From Marsupella aquatica (lineage: Eukaryota; Plantae; Marchantiophyta), in assembly GCA_973895155.1 (NCBI GenBank), contig OZ316893.1:2438430-2502429 (forward strand): a stretch of 64,000 nucleotides of DNA. The letters run 5' to 3'. The notes under the pieces are model-generated. The model ran no database searches. It worked only from the letters and a program-made list of their open reading frames with translations, and was not told where the DNA came from. The position numbers and the translations under genes are program-made. This document shows, in pieces, positions 12,653 to 23,928 of this stretch. How positions within the stretch are numbered: position 1 is the stretch's first letter; every line of letters begins with the position of its first letter.

Positions 12653-13780
12653 ATGGAGTCTGAAGATAAATATGCCTTGTTGGCCGAACTTTTTCCCGGG
12701 GTTCCTAACGACGTCGCTGTGAACGAGATTGCCACAAAGCTGGCATGGAGAGATGCGGATGCCCTATCGTCGGTAAGTCCTACTTGGCGACAAGCAATTG
12801 AAACGCGAGTAATTTACGACGCCAGAGTTCGCTCGCATTCAACGGAGACTCTAGTCGTTCTTCGAATTTTCGACAACCGCGAGAAGTTCAGTGGACTTTC
12901 TCTTTATTCCGTGAGAGGAAGAACCATTTCTCTACTCCCTCCAATCCCAGTCCATCTCTATTCCCTGTACGAATTTATAGCTGTGGACGGTAGATTATAT
13001 ATTTTGGGAGGATCCGGTGGGCACCAGAAATTCCAAAATGTGTACGTGCTGGATTTGGCAGGAAAAAACTGCAGACAAAGACCGTGGAAGAGATGTGCAA
13101 ACATGCTAGAACGAAGAGTGCTTTTTGGGTGTTGTGCCATGGATGGGAAAATTTACGTATTTGGTAGTGCGTGTGTCGACGACCCAGACAGTTCTGGTTT
13201 TTATCGAGGGGAAATGTATGACCCCAAGGTAGATGCTTGGTTTGCTCTACAGCCAGCGCCAAGATGGTCAGGGTTGATTGGAACACCTAGACTTGTATCC
13301 GTTGGCGATGAGCTAATTGTGCTGGATTGGTTTGGAAGCAGGAAATCACATTGGCAGGTTTATCATCCTCTCAGAGATGAGTGGAGACTGGAGACACACC
13401 AATATAGGGCCACAGAATATTTTCGCTCGAGGGAAATTGAAGGGATCGATGAAATCCCATTATATGATAATAGTGGAGGTGACTTTCCTGTCTACAATGC
13501 TGAAACAAATTCATGGATTACTAGGTGTTCAGAATTCTATGAGGGAGATGAGCCGATCACTGGCGAAGGTGTCGAGCTACATTCTATTTTAGCTGTGGAT
13601 GATGAGTTATTGGCGCTAGGGAGCGTGATCATGACCGATGAATCCAAGCAATATTCACTTTTCCAAAGTAACGGATTCGGTAGTCAGGAGAAGAACACGC
13701 CTTTTCTGTGGGAAAGATTATCCTTTGTTTTCACCTGTGACAACGATGATTACAGTTCCATGTGCACAGTTCAGCTATGA
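12653..13780 (+). CDS. F-box/kelch-repeat protein (375 aa)
   Basis: N-terminal F-box-like LFPGVPNDVAVNEIATKLAW...LSSVSPTWRQAI. Kelch motifs VDGRLYILGG, WKRCANMLERRVLFGCCAMDGKIYVFG and EMYDPKVDAW. Uninterrupted ORF. Confidence 0.9.
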   Translation: MESEDKYALLAELFPGVPNDVAVNEIATKLAWRDADALSSVSPTWRQAIETRVIYDARVRSHSTETLVVLRIFDNREKFSGLSLYSVRGRTISLLPPIPVHLYSLYEFIAVDGRLYILGGSGGHQKFQNVYVLDLAGKNCRQRPWKRCANMLERRVLFGCCAMDGKIYVFGSACVDDPDSSGFYRGEMYDPKVDAWFALQPAPRWSGLIGTPRLVSVGDELIVLDWFGSRKSHWQVYHPLRDEWRLETHQYRATEYFRSREIEGIDEIPLYDNSGGDFPVYNAETNSWITRCSEFYEGDEPITGEGVELHSILAVDDELLALGSVIMTDESKQYSLFQSNGFGSQEKNTPFLWERLSFVFTCDNDDYSSMCTVQL

Positions 13781-14299
13781 GCAAGTACATGGAGTTAGTT
13801 TTTAGAGATTTGTTGCCTGACTCGGGCTTGTTTTTGCGTTTGTCTTCTGTGTTTTTCGTTCGAAGCATGTCATCTGAAAATCGAAGGGAAATAACAGTTT
13901 CCAGGCAATGAGTTAGGTTACCTCCTGTATTGTGATGTGAAATTTAAACCTACTAGCTTCCTTAGTTTGCAATCAGTGCAAATAGCAATAGCAAGTTGTG
14001 TACTGCGGACCACAGCTGATGTGGAATAAATATAGAAAATCAGACATTTGTACAGACTAAGTGCTGTAATTTAGTAATTATATGTTCTGCGATCAATCAA
14101 TGAGTTGTCAAAAGCCTTTTGACTGGTGGTGTTAGTTATTTACAAAAACATGTCGTTGCCTTTACAGTTTCAGAGAACGCAACCCGAGCTTGCCCATAGT
14201 AAGTCAGTATGTCCAGATATCTAAATCATTCTTTATGACTCAAGGTTAATTTCTTGATTTGGATGACACTTGTGTAACTTGCATAGTACTAGATACAAA

Positions 14300-17200
14300 A
14301 TAATAATTATATTAAGAGAAGTGAGGTGGCACCTAGGAAGGGCAATGTTGGTTCGGTTACCATGCATTGAGGTGCGGCCAAGTGTTGGGCTTCAAGGAGG
14401 TGAGCCTTAAGATAGAAGTTGGGAGAAGCATAGCAGAGAAGATGTGGAAAGGGTATTGTGGAGCAAAAAGAGTATCATTGTGGAGTGGAAGAGTAGTGTG
14501 GAGAGGAAAGGGAAATGTGAGAATGATTCATTGTTGAGTTGCTCTCTAATTTTTTTGGTGAGATTTCCAGGTGAAGAGATATGGAGTCTGATTTGGAGTT
14601 AGTAGAGCCAGAGAGAATAGAAGATCATGGGAGTGTAGAGAAGAGCCATGTAGCTCCTTTCTTCTAGTGGCTTGATGTTTGAAGATTCTAGTGGAGAGTT
14701 TTGTGGATAAGTCATTTCTTGGTGAGGAATGGAAGCTAGGAAGTTAGACACTTGATGTGGAGAGATTGGACTTCCAATGGTTTTTGTGACGATTTTTGTG
14801 ATGGTTTTTTGACAATTTTCTTGATGTGAGAAACTGGGATTTATAGACAAGTTTTATTGGGCTGAATCCTCAGGGGGGGGGGGGTCTCTTTCACGGAAGT
14901 GCCACTGATATCACATGCGACAAAGTAAAAGGTCATTTAAATGGTCCAGCCTGAAACTTCCATTCAAAGTTTCTAGAAGAACCAAGGGAACAACATAGGA
15001 TCCGTTAAATTTTTGGATTTGCTAGCTTTAAAGAATAATAGGGCCTTATTAAATAGGTCATATTCCATGAAATTTTCTAATCTGAAAGGTTTTTTTGTGT
15101 CATGTCAATGCATAGGACACATGGCATGTATGTTCTAATTGATACACTTGTCACTATGCAATTGGTACAACTCATGTCTATCTCGAAGAATAGTAATTTT
15201 AATCTTTCCCAAGAAAATAGCTAAAAGTATGCATGGGTGTAGCCTTGGGGTCTCCTATATGGAGACCTCCTTATCACTTGCGATGTTTTTAGGCCTCGGA
15301 CCCCCTAAATGTAATGAATTTTTAATTTTTTAAACCCCTATAAAGTTGGAATATTCTTGGAATATTAAAAATTCATCTGGAAGTCTTAGAGCAGACTATT
15401 TGTTTGTCATCCCATTTGTCATGGAAGTCCGTTGCTCTACATTTTTCTAGTGTTTATTTAAATGCCCTTTTTGCCTACTCAAGATAATGACTCTAATGTG
15501 GATGAGTGAGAAGAGAAGGAAGACAATAAAACCAAGAAGGGACGGAAGCTTGGTGCAGAGCAAAGTGCAAAGCTTGAGTTTTCATATCCCAAAGGTTTGA
15601 ATATATGTGCGTCTTGTATTGCATTGTGTTCTTTTTAGTGTTGTTTATAATTGCAATTAATAAGAGTGTTGCTAGTTATTTTAATCGAAGAACCATTAGG
15701 ACCGATGTAATTTGTATTTGTATTTATTTAATTTAATTTAATTCTATCATTATCATATATAGAACCATGAAATCCTATGATAAGCTAGCCCAATGTTGAG
15801 GTGTTCAATACCCCACAAGTTGTGTCAAGAGTACCTTTCTTTTGCATTCAAGTAACCTATCAAGGTCATCTATGCTTCTTCTCTAAAGCCATGAGCTCAA
15901 GAGTTGCAGAACTTTGTCAACTACCCAAGTAACACTTAGCTCCGACATCTCTTACTCCGACCTCAAGCTCCTCTAGGGTCTAGGCCTCCAGAATTGCCAT
16001 CTAATGGGGACCAAATTAATATGAGGACCGAAACTAGTGAGCAACTGACAAGGCGTTGCACTTGCAAGGGAAGGGCGCTAAGCTCGTGAAGCACAATAAG
16101 GACTTAGACTAGCTTGGAGCTGGTCGGGTCATGGGAAGGGCCGGGCTTAAGGTGGACCGTTCGGACCCCTAGACAGACTTAGTTTAAGTTCTTAGGGCTT
16201 GAGTGAGAGCTCCTCTTGGGCCCAAGGCCAAAGAAGTTTACTTCATGCGCAATGGACGTTTGGCACATGAAATACGATGCGACGGAGCTAGGTGTAGTTG
16301 TCCAGGACCCTCGACTGAGAATGGGTTCTGAGGACCAAGGCATGAACATTGGGTTGGCTTGATCACAACAGGCTAAGGCTACAAACGTCTAGCTAGTAAA
16401 TTATGGGCATTGCATGCAGGTTGCATTGATCGAGGGCCAAATTATTATGGGGACCAAAACTGGTCCGGGGACCGAAAGGTCTCTAGAAGTATATATGAGA
16501 GGAGTTTTGTCCTTGGTTTTGTCTCCCTAGGGGCCAAGGGCCCCGCCAAGGGCGAGCCCAAGTCATGAACCGCGACGGTCGCAACACTAACTAAAGAGAA
16601 ATGTCAACGGAAACGACGATAACTTCTCAATGGGAAGTCCGTCGGAGGACTTTTTGGATGCATTAGAAATCTCTTGAGGAGTACTACGGTCTCCCCCTTA
16701 GCTCAGCTGGGTCTGGGGGTGCCTTTGGCTCTCAAGATTTGTGGGGGCTATCTCACTCGCTTGCCAAATCCTGTCGAAATAGAAGCCAAGTTGCATTCAA
16801 TTTTCCACGGGAACTTACATTGGGGAGACAATGCAAAGTAGGAACGGGTGTTGAGGTCCAAGCCGGGTCCAAGAGAATATTCCAAAATTTTGGTTGTAAG
16901 GACCTTAATGTTCTTATAAGTCTCCAAATCGGATTTAAAAGACCCTATTGTTCTTCTCAAAAAATTCTTAAGTCTTCCCTTTGAACCAGTAAAATGACCC
17001 TATACTTTGTCGCACGTGATGTGCCTTTTTTGTGGAAGTGAAACCCCTGAGGTTAGGAGGAACCTTAGAGATGGTTGCTAGAGTCTAGGCCAAATTAGTC
17101 TTGACGTTTAGGATAAACTTTGGGACAATTAAGCTAGCTTATTTGGGCCATGAGCATGTACTAGCTAGGGGCAGGGCGGTCAGCCAATGACAAATAGGAA

Positions 17201-19800
17201 GTATGTGGGGAAGCACGGGCGATACCCAAAGAGGGGTTGTTCTACACAAACAATGGGTGTCGGCTTTGGCTTTGGCGTATGACAAGGCCATCCGGGCTCG
17301 GGAGGTTGTATTTGTTGACCTACTTACCAATGTATGTTGAACTTGAGTCGAGACACTAGTCTTGGAGTTCCTAGATTATGCGGGGTTACTTACCAATACT
17401 AGTAGAAAACATGAGAGTTTATGACCACAACAATAATGTCTCCCTATATGTCTTTTTAGACACGTTGCATTGGACATTTGTGTCACTGTCTTATAGGAAA
17501 AATGATGCAAAATTCTTGTGGTTGTTATGAAACTGTCAAAAATGACCAAAAAATATTAAAAATATGAGTTTAACTGTCCAAAATAACCAAAAATATTTCT
17601 GGTCCAAAATGACCCACAATGTCCATTAACGGTGTTTGGTTGTTTGTGCAAATAGTGAGGACTGTTAAGCCACGGTTGTGTTACGGAGCAAGTGTGGTTT
17701 TGTATGAGAGTTGCAGCCAAAGGTGCTAGAGATACCAAGTTGCTTGCTCAGGGAGTTCCATGTAGGCATTTGGACACCAAGGGCACTTAGGCGAGGGTGC
17801 TGGGATTGGTGAGGGCGCTGGGTGGCAAGGTCCATCACTTCAAGCAAATGAGTTGTAAGTTTTCATGCACTCAATTCCCTTCCATTATATGGAAACATTC
17901 CAATCATGCAATGGTTTGTGAAGCAAGGTAGAGAATTGATGTCTTGAAATGTGTCACACCATTCTAGGTAGTGTTAGAGTGTATCGTACTATCTAGATCC
18001 GTATGTTTGGTATGTGTGCTATATGAGCCGATAAGGTTCCGTTAGGTTTGTGTGAGAGGGTAGTTCTCTCTTGTGAGGCAAATAAAGGTTATCTTTCAAT
18101 GTTGAGCCTTGGAGAGGGGAGCTTGTGCGGTGGCTATGGTGATTGAGAGCTCTCTCTATGTAGCGTGGATTCCTTGAGTGCAAGGTGCGTTGGCTCGACA
18201 TATGTGTGATCGGATCGGACGGGATTGAGTGCATATTGTTGGCGTCGATCATTGTTGTATTGAGATTATTGTGGGTTTTGGACATGAGTTCCACTTGTAT
18301 TCCATTCTCTTGTGTTTGTGATGTGGCAGTGTGACTATGTGTGGATGTATGTGACAAGCGATGTATGTTGTGTAGAGATGTGTATGCGCAAGACAAATGA
18401 CAACCTATAGTGTTTAGTTTCCTCTTCATAGTGTGTGGTACCCACCATAAGTGCTATACTATTTAAGAGTACTTAAGAGAGCAACATAGACAAGTTGATA
18501 GTTGAACAACCATAGAATAATATTTAACTAGAATTCTTTAGTTTTGTGCTCTATGGACTGTATAGGAGATTTAGGATGTGCTATCAAGCAGAGAGGCAGA
18601 GTAAATTGCATTGAGTGGAAAGACGAAGCAAATTGAATGATTGCAAAATTTTGGGCTCTAATTTATGAGATACTTTTATTCTTTATAGGCATTTTTGAAT
18701 TCAAAACAAAATTATACTTAAAGTTTCTAGGGCTCAACATAGTAAAAAATGGCTGCTTTAAAGTACGTAAGAGAAAGGAATTTTTATTTATTTTTCACTT
18801 ATAAGTTATGGGGTCTAGACCTAAAAACGTTGCATACAATGTAAGACCCTTCATATAATGACCCCCCAAGGCTGAAAATTAGATAGAAAGCAATGTATCG
18901 GCAAGGGCTTTAAGGCTAGACCTTGGAATATATGTGGATTTAGAGATGAAAAGTTGGAGGGTCAAATCCCAATGAAGGGTGATCTTGTGTTGAAAAGTTG
19001 ATAGGAAGGTAGCTTTGGGCAAGAGATACCTAAAAAGACCTGACATTAAAGATTCTGACATTCTAGGAGAAAGTTATGGCAGTTACCATTATGGACACTA
19101 AAGTAGAATTGGGAATAATCTTTTAGAAGAAAGAAAGTGGATGAGAATTAAGGTAGCCTGGGGCAAGGGCTATACAACAATGCCCCAAGGTCTCAATTCT
19201 AGAATTGCAAAGAGTGATTTTTGAGAGGAATTTGTGATTTTAGGTAATCAACATAAAATTTGATCATGATTTTGACTTATCAACTGATTGAGCCATGAAG
19301 CATTTTTGTTTTAGGTATTTGTATTCGTGTTGAAGCAAGTGATCTTATGTTATCTTGGCCCTACTTGGATTCATTCAATGATCTGATGATTGTTAATTCT
19401 CCCATCTAAGGTGACTTAGTCTCATGACCGGTGTCACTTGTGACTCCAAAAAATCTAATTGTGAGTCAATATTTATCATTGTGAGTCATTCAAAATATTT
19501 ATTAACTATTTATCAAAATATTTATTAATCATATCTCCCCTCATATCACTTATATAATCATTAGTTGCGACTATTATCTAGACTAATATAAATATGTTTG
19601 TATGACACCTTGAGTCAATATGAATGACTCTAGGAGTAACTACTTCTAACCATTATAATCACTAGTGAATGCAAAGTAAGTAGAGGGATACATTTATTGT
19701 GCTTTCTTGCAGAAGTTCTAGAATGCAAGTCATTTAGGGTTTAGGGTTTAGTCACAAATTTATCTCAAATTTGTTGCAAAAGTCCAAGATTGCAAGATGG
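14300..19800. mobile_element. Nested transposon debris between the two duplicated segments
   Basis: No credible ORF. Contains pieces of the MITE family (15250-15365, 16870-17051, 18780-18866) and a block (16200-16870) homologous to 42340-42990. Confidence 0.6.
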
Positions 19801-20467
19801 GAATCATAAAGATATATACAAATCATTACATGTTTGTAACACTATCCAACGGATCGTTAAACGCTATGTATGTGTAGGGTGGAGGGAGACCGAAGCTTTG
19901 TATTTAGCATTCATCGTCAGCTACATAATGTGCAGTTGAGCTTGTGGAGTTGCAAGGCTGGTCTAGCAGTACAGCATTTCACAGATAGAATTGATGCTTG
20001 TTTAGTCGCTCGAGTAGCATGCTTGTCTATTGGAGTGAGGAATTTACCAAAAATCTGTCGTCACCTAGATCTGAGTTTCCCCCACTATGACAGCCGACCT
20101 TCACAGTCCGGGTCTAAGTTATATATTATGCTTTGCCAGTATACGTGGGCTCAGATAGGCATCAAAGCACACTCGATCAGAAGTACACATCAGCCTCTAA
20201 TGCAAGCAACTTAATGATTCACTGTCTTGCTTTATTGTCACAAAAATCAGGTAATACTTTCATTTCTCATACTTTAGCTTAAATCTCGGTCACTAGCTAG
20301 ACTCTTTGACTCAACGCAGCTCAGAAATATAATAACGCCTGGAAGGTGAATTAAAGTGGATGACGATTTATATCCAGGCTATGGTGATGCAAAGCACTCG
20401 GTCATTTTGTGATTACGTCTGATTGTGCATCAGCAGTAACAAGCTGGTAGTTCTTCATAGGTGGCAG

Positions 20468-20822
20468 AGGAACACGATCACGCTGGAGAATACCATTACT
20501 CAAACTAGGGTATCACTCCATAAAGGGACTTACTGGTAGGCGCCAAGGGCCCAACCCGTCTGACAAGCCCACTGCCTACGGATTGGAATTCTGCTGCATC
20601 GCAATCCCCCACTGCTGCCTTCGATTTCAAACTCAGAGCCTAGCTACCGATCCAAATAGAGTGAAATCATCATCTGCACTCACGGCTGCTATATATGAGC
20701 CCCAATAATGTGAGAGGGTTAACAACCCTATCTGGAGCGTGAACTTGGTGTTCGATCAGAAGATTATATTGGACCTACAACAATAACAACAAAGGTTTTT
20801 GGCTAGCATGTATGATCGATGA
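20468..20822 (+). pseudogene. Decayed duplicate of the 3' exons of the coiled-coil gene
   Basis: 'ggcagaggaacacgatcacgc...aagcccactgcctacgga...ccgatccaaat' matches 10185-10410 with indels and stops. 'ttggacct-caacaataac...tgatcgatgataacat' matches 10625-10680. Confidence 0.6.
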
Positions 20823-22178
20823 TAACATATGCTCAGTGGGATTTTCATCAATATAATCGGAAGTTATACTTCTTTCGATACGTACAACATAAATCTATCA
20901 ACTTTATTTATAAGCTGCTCGCATAAAAATGAGCTCAACACTAAAACTGCTATGGCAGTAATTAAACAGGACCTACAGGGCTGTTCTGGTTCAGAAACGG
21001 TGATATCTCGAACAAACCTTGATGAAGACAACTCACTCTAACTTTCCAAGGACATCGGTGTAAGCTAGCTTTTCAGCGAGGGTTGGGATTCGAGCCGATA
21101 CTCCGTGGTTGTCACCTTTTAGGCAGCCAAGAGAAAATTGCTTCGCAACTTGTTGAGGTAATTTTCGTATGTGTCATGCGAGTTAGCTTCCATTGCCGAT
21201 GCAAGTGCAATTCAACATATTGAGCAGATCGATTATACATCACAACTGTCATACCACAGATTCCCAGCTCATCAGATGATGGACTGTCTAAGCCGACGGC
21301 GACAGCTTAAGCCAGTCCTGCAGTACCCAAAAACCTTTTCAACACATCTGACCAGACCGACGGAACCTAATTGAAACCCACGGTCAACTAGGAGGAGTCT
21401 CTTGCCGCAGCGTGAAGTTGGATATCTTGTTGTCTCCCTTTATGAAGCATTGGATTGTGTTGTTAAGAAGGCAAGCTCCAGAAGCTAGGTAGCTTCGGTT
21501 ATCTGGCTGGCCTTCCGATTAAGATTCAACACAGAAAAAATTGTCAAATAGTTATCGTCTGCCACGGACTTTACCCAAGGTCTCAAGGTAACATTGTGTC
21601 TGCAGTGGATGAATGAACAGACGTACGTGGTGAAAAGAAGTTTAAAAACCAGGCCGGGGCACGCCAGAATGAGAGTACCATCGATCTTTAGCCGCTTAGA
21701 CCTATCTTGTCAATTGGATAGTGTAATTTGAAATTAGAATTAGGTCTCTCATAGACAGTCTACATGGCGAGGTCCGCATCAGCTACTATTAATTAGTCGG
21801 GAACACAAAACTTGTATGCGTTTTCGATCGAGCCTGATCTGCATCCTCCAGCTGGTTGAAGTGGGCTTCCACATCTTCATGTTCTAGTTCTGATAGATGA
21901 CCCCTACTTTGAGACACGTCATATCCATCAGCTCACGTCCTGACATCTGTTACACTCTCTCCGCAAGAGAAGCGGGCGCTAGCATTTTCATGTACTTCAA
22001 ACTGCCAAACCGGGAGACATGATCCCTCACGCAAAAGACCCAATCAAGGGGGGACAATCCAAGGCAAGGGCCAAGAAAGGCCAGGAAGCAAAGAAACAAA
22101 GAACTACGTCTGTACGTGTGTGTGTCTGTTGTCAGGAACAACTCGCACCACATTTCCTTTAGGTCAGGTGCAGCGATC

Positions 22179-22185
22179 TATATAA
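22179..22185 (+). promoter_or_regulatory. TATA box of F-box/kelch gene 2
   Basis: TATATAAGGAGCTC, the same element as at 12107. Confidence 0.6.
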
Positions 22186-22785
22186 GGAGCTCTTGTTCCC
22201 GCTTTTCCGCAGATCACCGCGAGTTGTTGAGCTATGCCTGTCACCCTCCTGTCGTGGAGTCCTCGCCAGTTTTCTTGTCGACGGGTCTCATCAGATTCGT
22301 GAGCTCATCGCAGTTCTGCTCTACGCCATTGCGGCTTTTGATTCCAGTTTGCCGAAGGCTTGCGAGGGTACAGTTCGATTACAGTCCTGTCCAAGGCTGC
22401 AATCTCCGCCTCAGTGACATCTTAACTTCGGCGTTTTCCGGCCCTTCATCCATTGTAAGCTTCTTGTTGCTTTCCGGGTCTCCAACGTGATTTTGTTGAC
22501 GTCTGATCCGGGTTCTGCTTTTCCTGACATGTTAGTGGGGTTGAACGACAATACCATTTTCTGGAGTAGTGACGCTTGCCTCGAAGATTTTCTTATTGAG
22601 TCTGACCAGGTCAATTTCTAACGTGGGTTCGGCTTAAGCTGTACTGAACATGGATTATTGATCGAAGGATCTGTGTCCATACCTACTGTTTTGATTGGTA
22701 ACTAGAATTGTCAAACGTGATGATTAAGTCTTCAGTTCGTTGTCTTTGCGAGATATCTCTCCACAGCAGCACTCACAGAATTGCA

Positions 22786-23928
22786 ATGGACTCTGAACAT
22801 GAAGCTGCCTTGTTAACGGAACTTTTTCCCGGGATTCCTAATGACGTCGCTGTGGCCGAGATTGCCACAAAGCTGCCTTGGAGAGATGCGGATGCCCTAT
22901 CCTCAGTAAGTCCTAGTTGGCGACAAGCAATTGAAGCGCGAGTTGTCTACGATGCCAGAGTTCTCGCGCATTCAACGGAGACTCTAGTAGTCCTTCGCAT
23001 TTTTGACGACAACGAAAAATTCACTGGACTTTCTCTTTATTCCGTGAGAGAAAGAACACTGTCTCGGCTCCCTCCACTCCCAGTCCTAGTCAGTTCTGTT
23101 TACCAGTTTGTAACTGTGGACGGTGGATTATATGTTTTGGGAGGAACCGGGGGCGCTGCGAGATCCCAAAATGTGTACATGCTGGATTTGGCTGGACAGA
23201 AAGACTGGAGACAGAGACAGTGGAAGCGATGTGCAAACATGCTACATCGAAGAATATGTTTTGGGTGTGGTGCCTTGAATGGTAAAATTTACGTATTTGG
23301 TTCTATTTTTGCGGGCACTCTGAAAAAATGTGGTTTTTATCGAGGGGAAATGTATGACCCCAAGGTAGATGCTTGGTTTGCAATACCACCATCGCCTAGA
23401 TGGTCAGGTATCTGTGGAACACCTAGAGTTATACCCGTTGGCGAGGAGCTAATTGTGCTAGATTGGTTTGGATACGAGAAAACGAGCTGGCAGGTTTATC
23501 ATCCTCTGAGAGATGAGTGGAGACTTGAGTCACATCAATATAGGTCCACAGATTATTTTCTCCCAAGAAACATTAGAGGCATGATTGATATACCATTCTA
23601 TGCTGAAGGTGAAGGTTACTTTCGTGTTTACAATGCTGCAACATATTCATGGATTCCTAGGTGTTCAAAATTCTTTGACGGCGATGGACTGATCAATGCC
23701 AAACGTGTCGAAATGCACTATATTTTACCTGTGGCGGATGAGCTTTTAGCTCTAGGGAAAGTGACCTTCACCAGTGAATCGGGGTTTGAATTCTATCAGT
23801 ACTCCCTTTTTCAAAGCAACGGATTCGGCAGTCAGGAGAAGGACACGCTGATCGTGTGGGAGAGATTGCCCTATGTTTTCACAAAGGAAAACTACCGTTT
23901 CGGTGCCATGTGTACAATTGAGCTATGA
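22786..23928 (+). CDS. F-box/kelch-repeat protein paralog (~380 aa)
   Basis: ATG at 22786 (MDSEHEAALLTELFPGIPNDVAV) aligns with the paralog start. Same F-box and kelch motifs, intact ORF. Confidence 0.9.
   Translation: MDSEHEAALLTELFPGIPNDVAVAEIATKLPWRDADALSSVSPSWRQAIEARVVYDARVLAHSTETLVVLRIFDDNEKFTGLSLYSVRERTLSRLPPLPVLVSSVYQFVTVDGGLYVLGGTGGAARSQNVYMLDLAGQKDWRQRQWKRCANMLHRRICFGCGALNGKIYVFGSIFAGTLKKCGFYRGEMYDPKVDAWFAIPPSPRWSGICGTPRVIPVGEELIVLDWFGYEKTSWQVYHPLRDEWRLESHQYRSTDYFLPRNIRGMIDIPFYAEGEGYFRVYNAATYSWIPRCSKFFDGDGLINAKRVEMHYILPVADELLALGKVTFTSESGFEFYQYSLFQSNGFGSQEKDTLIVWERLPYVFTKENYRFGAMCTIEL

Larger units (their letters stand above)
9390..13792 (+). repeat. Segmental duplication, copy 1
   Basis: Collinear with 19825-23940 from 'catgtttgtaa...gtgcagttgagc-tgtggagttgcaaggctggtctagca' through the kelch stop 'agctatga'. 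Confidence 0.9.

Noticed and set aside
16694-16715. tRNA-like A-box TAGCTCAGCTGG
   Set aside because: No B-box or cloverleaf follows. It is part of an interspersed repeat also present at ~42826.
19733-19751. Interstitial telomere repeat (TTTAGGG x2.7) near the duplication breakpoint
   Set aside because: Too short to distinguish from chance or TE-borne telo-box motifs.
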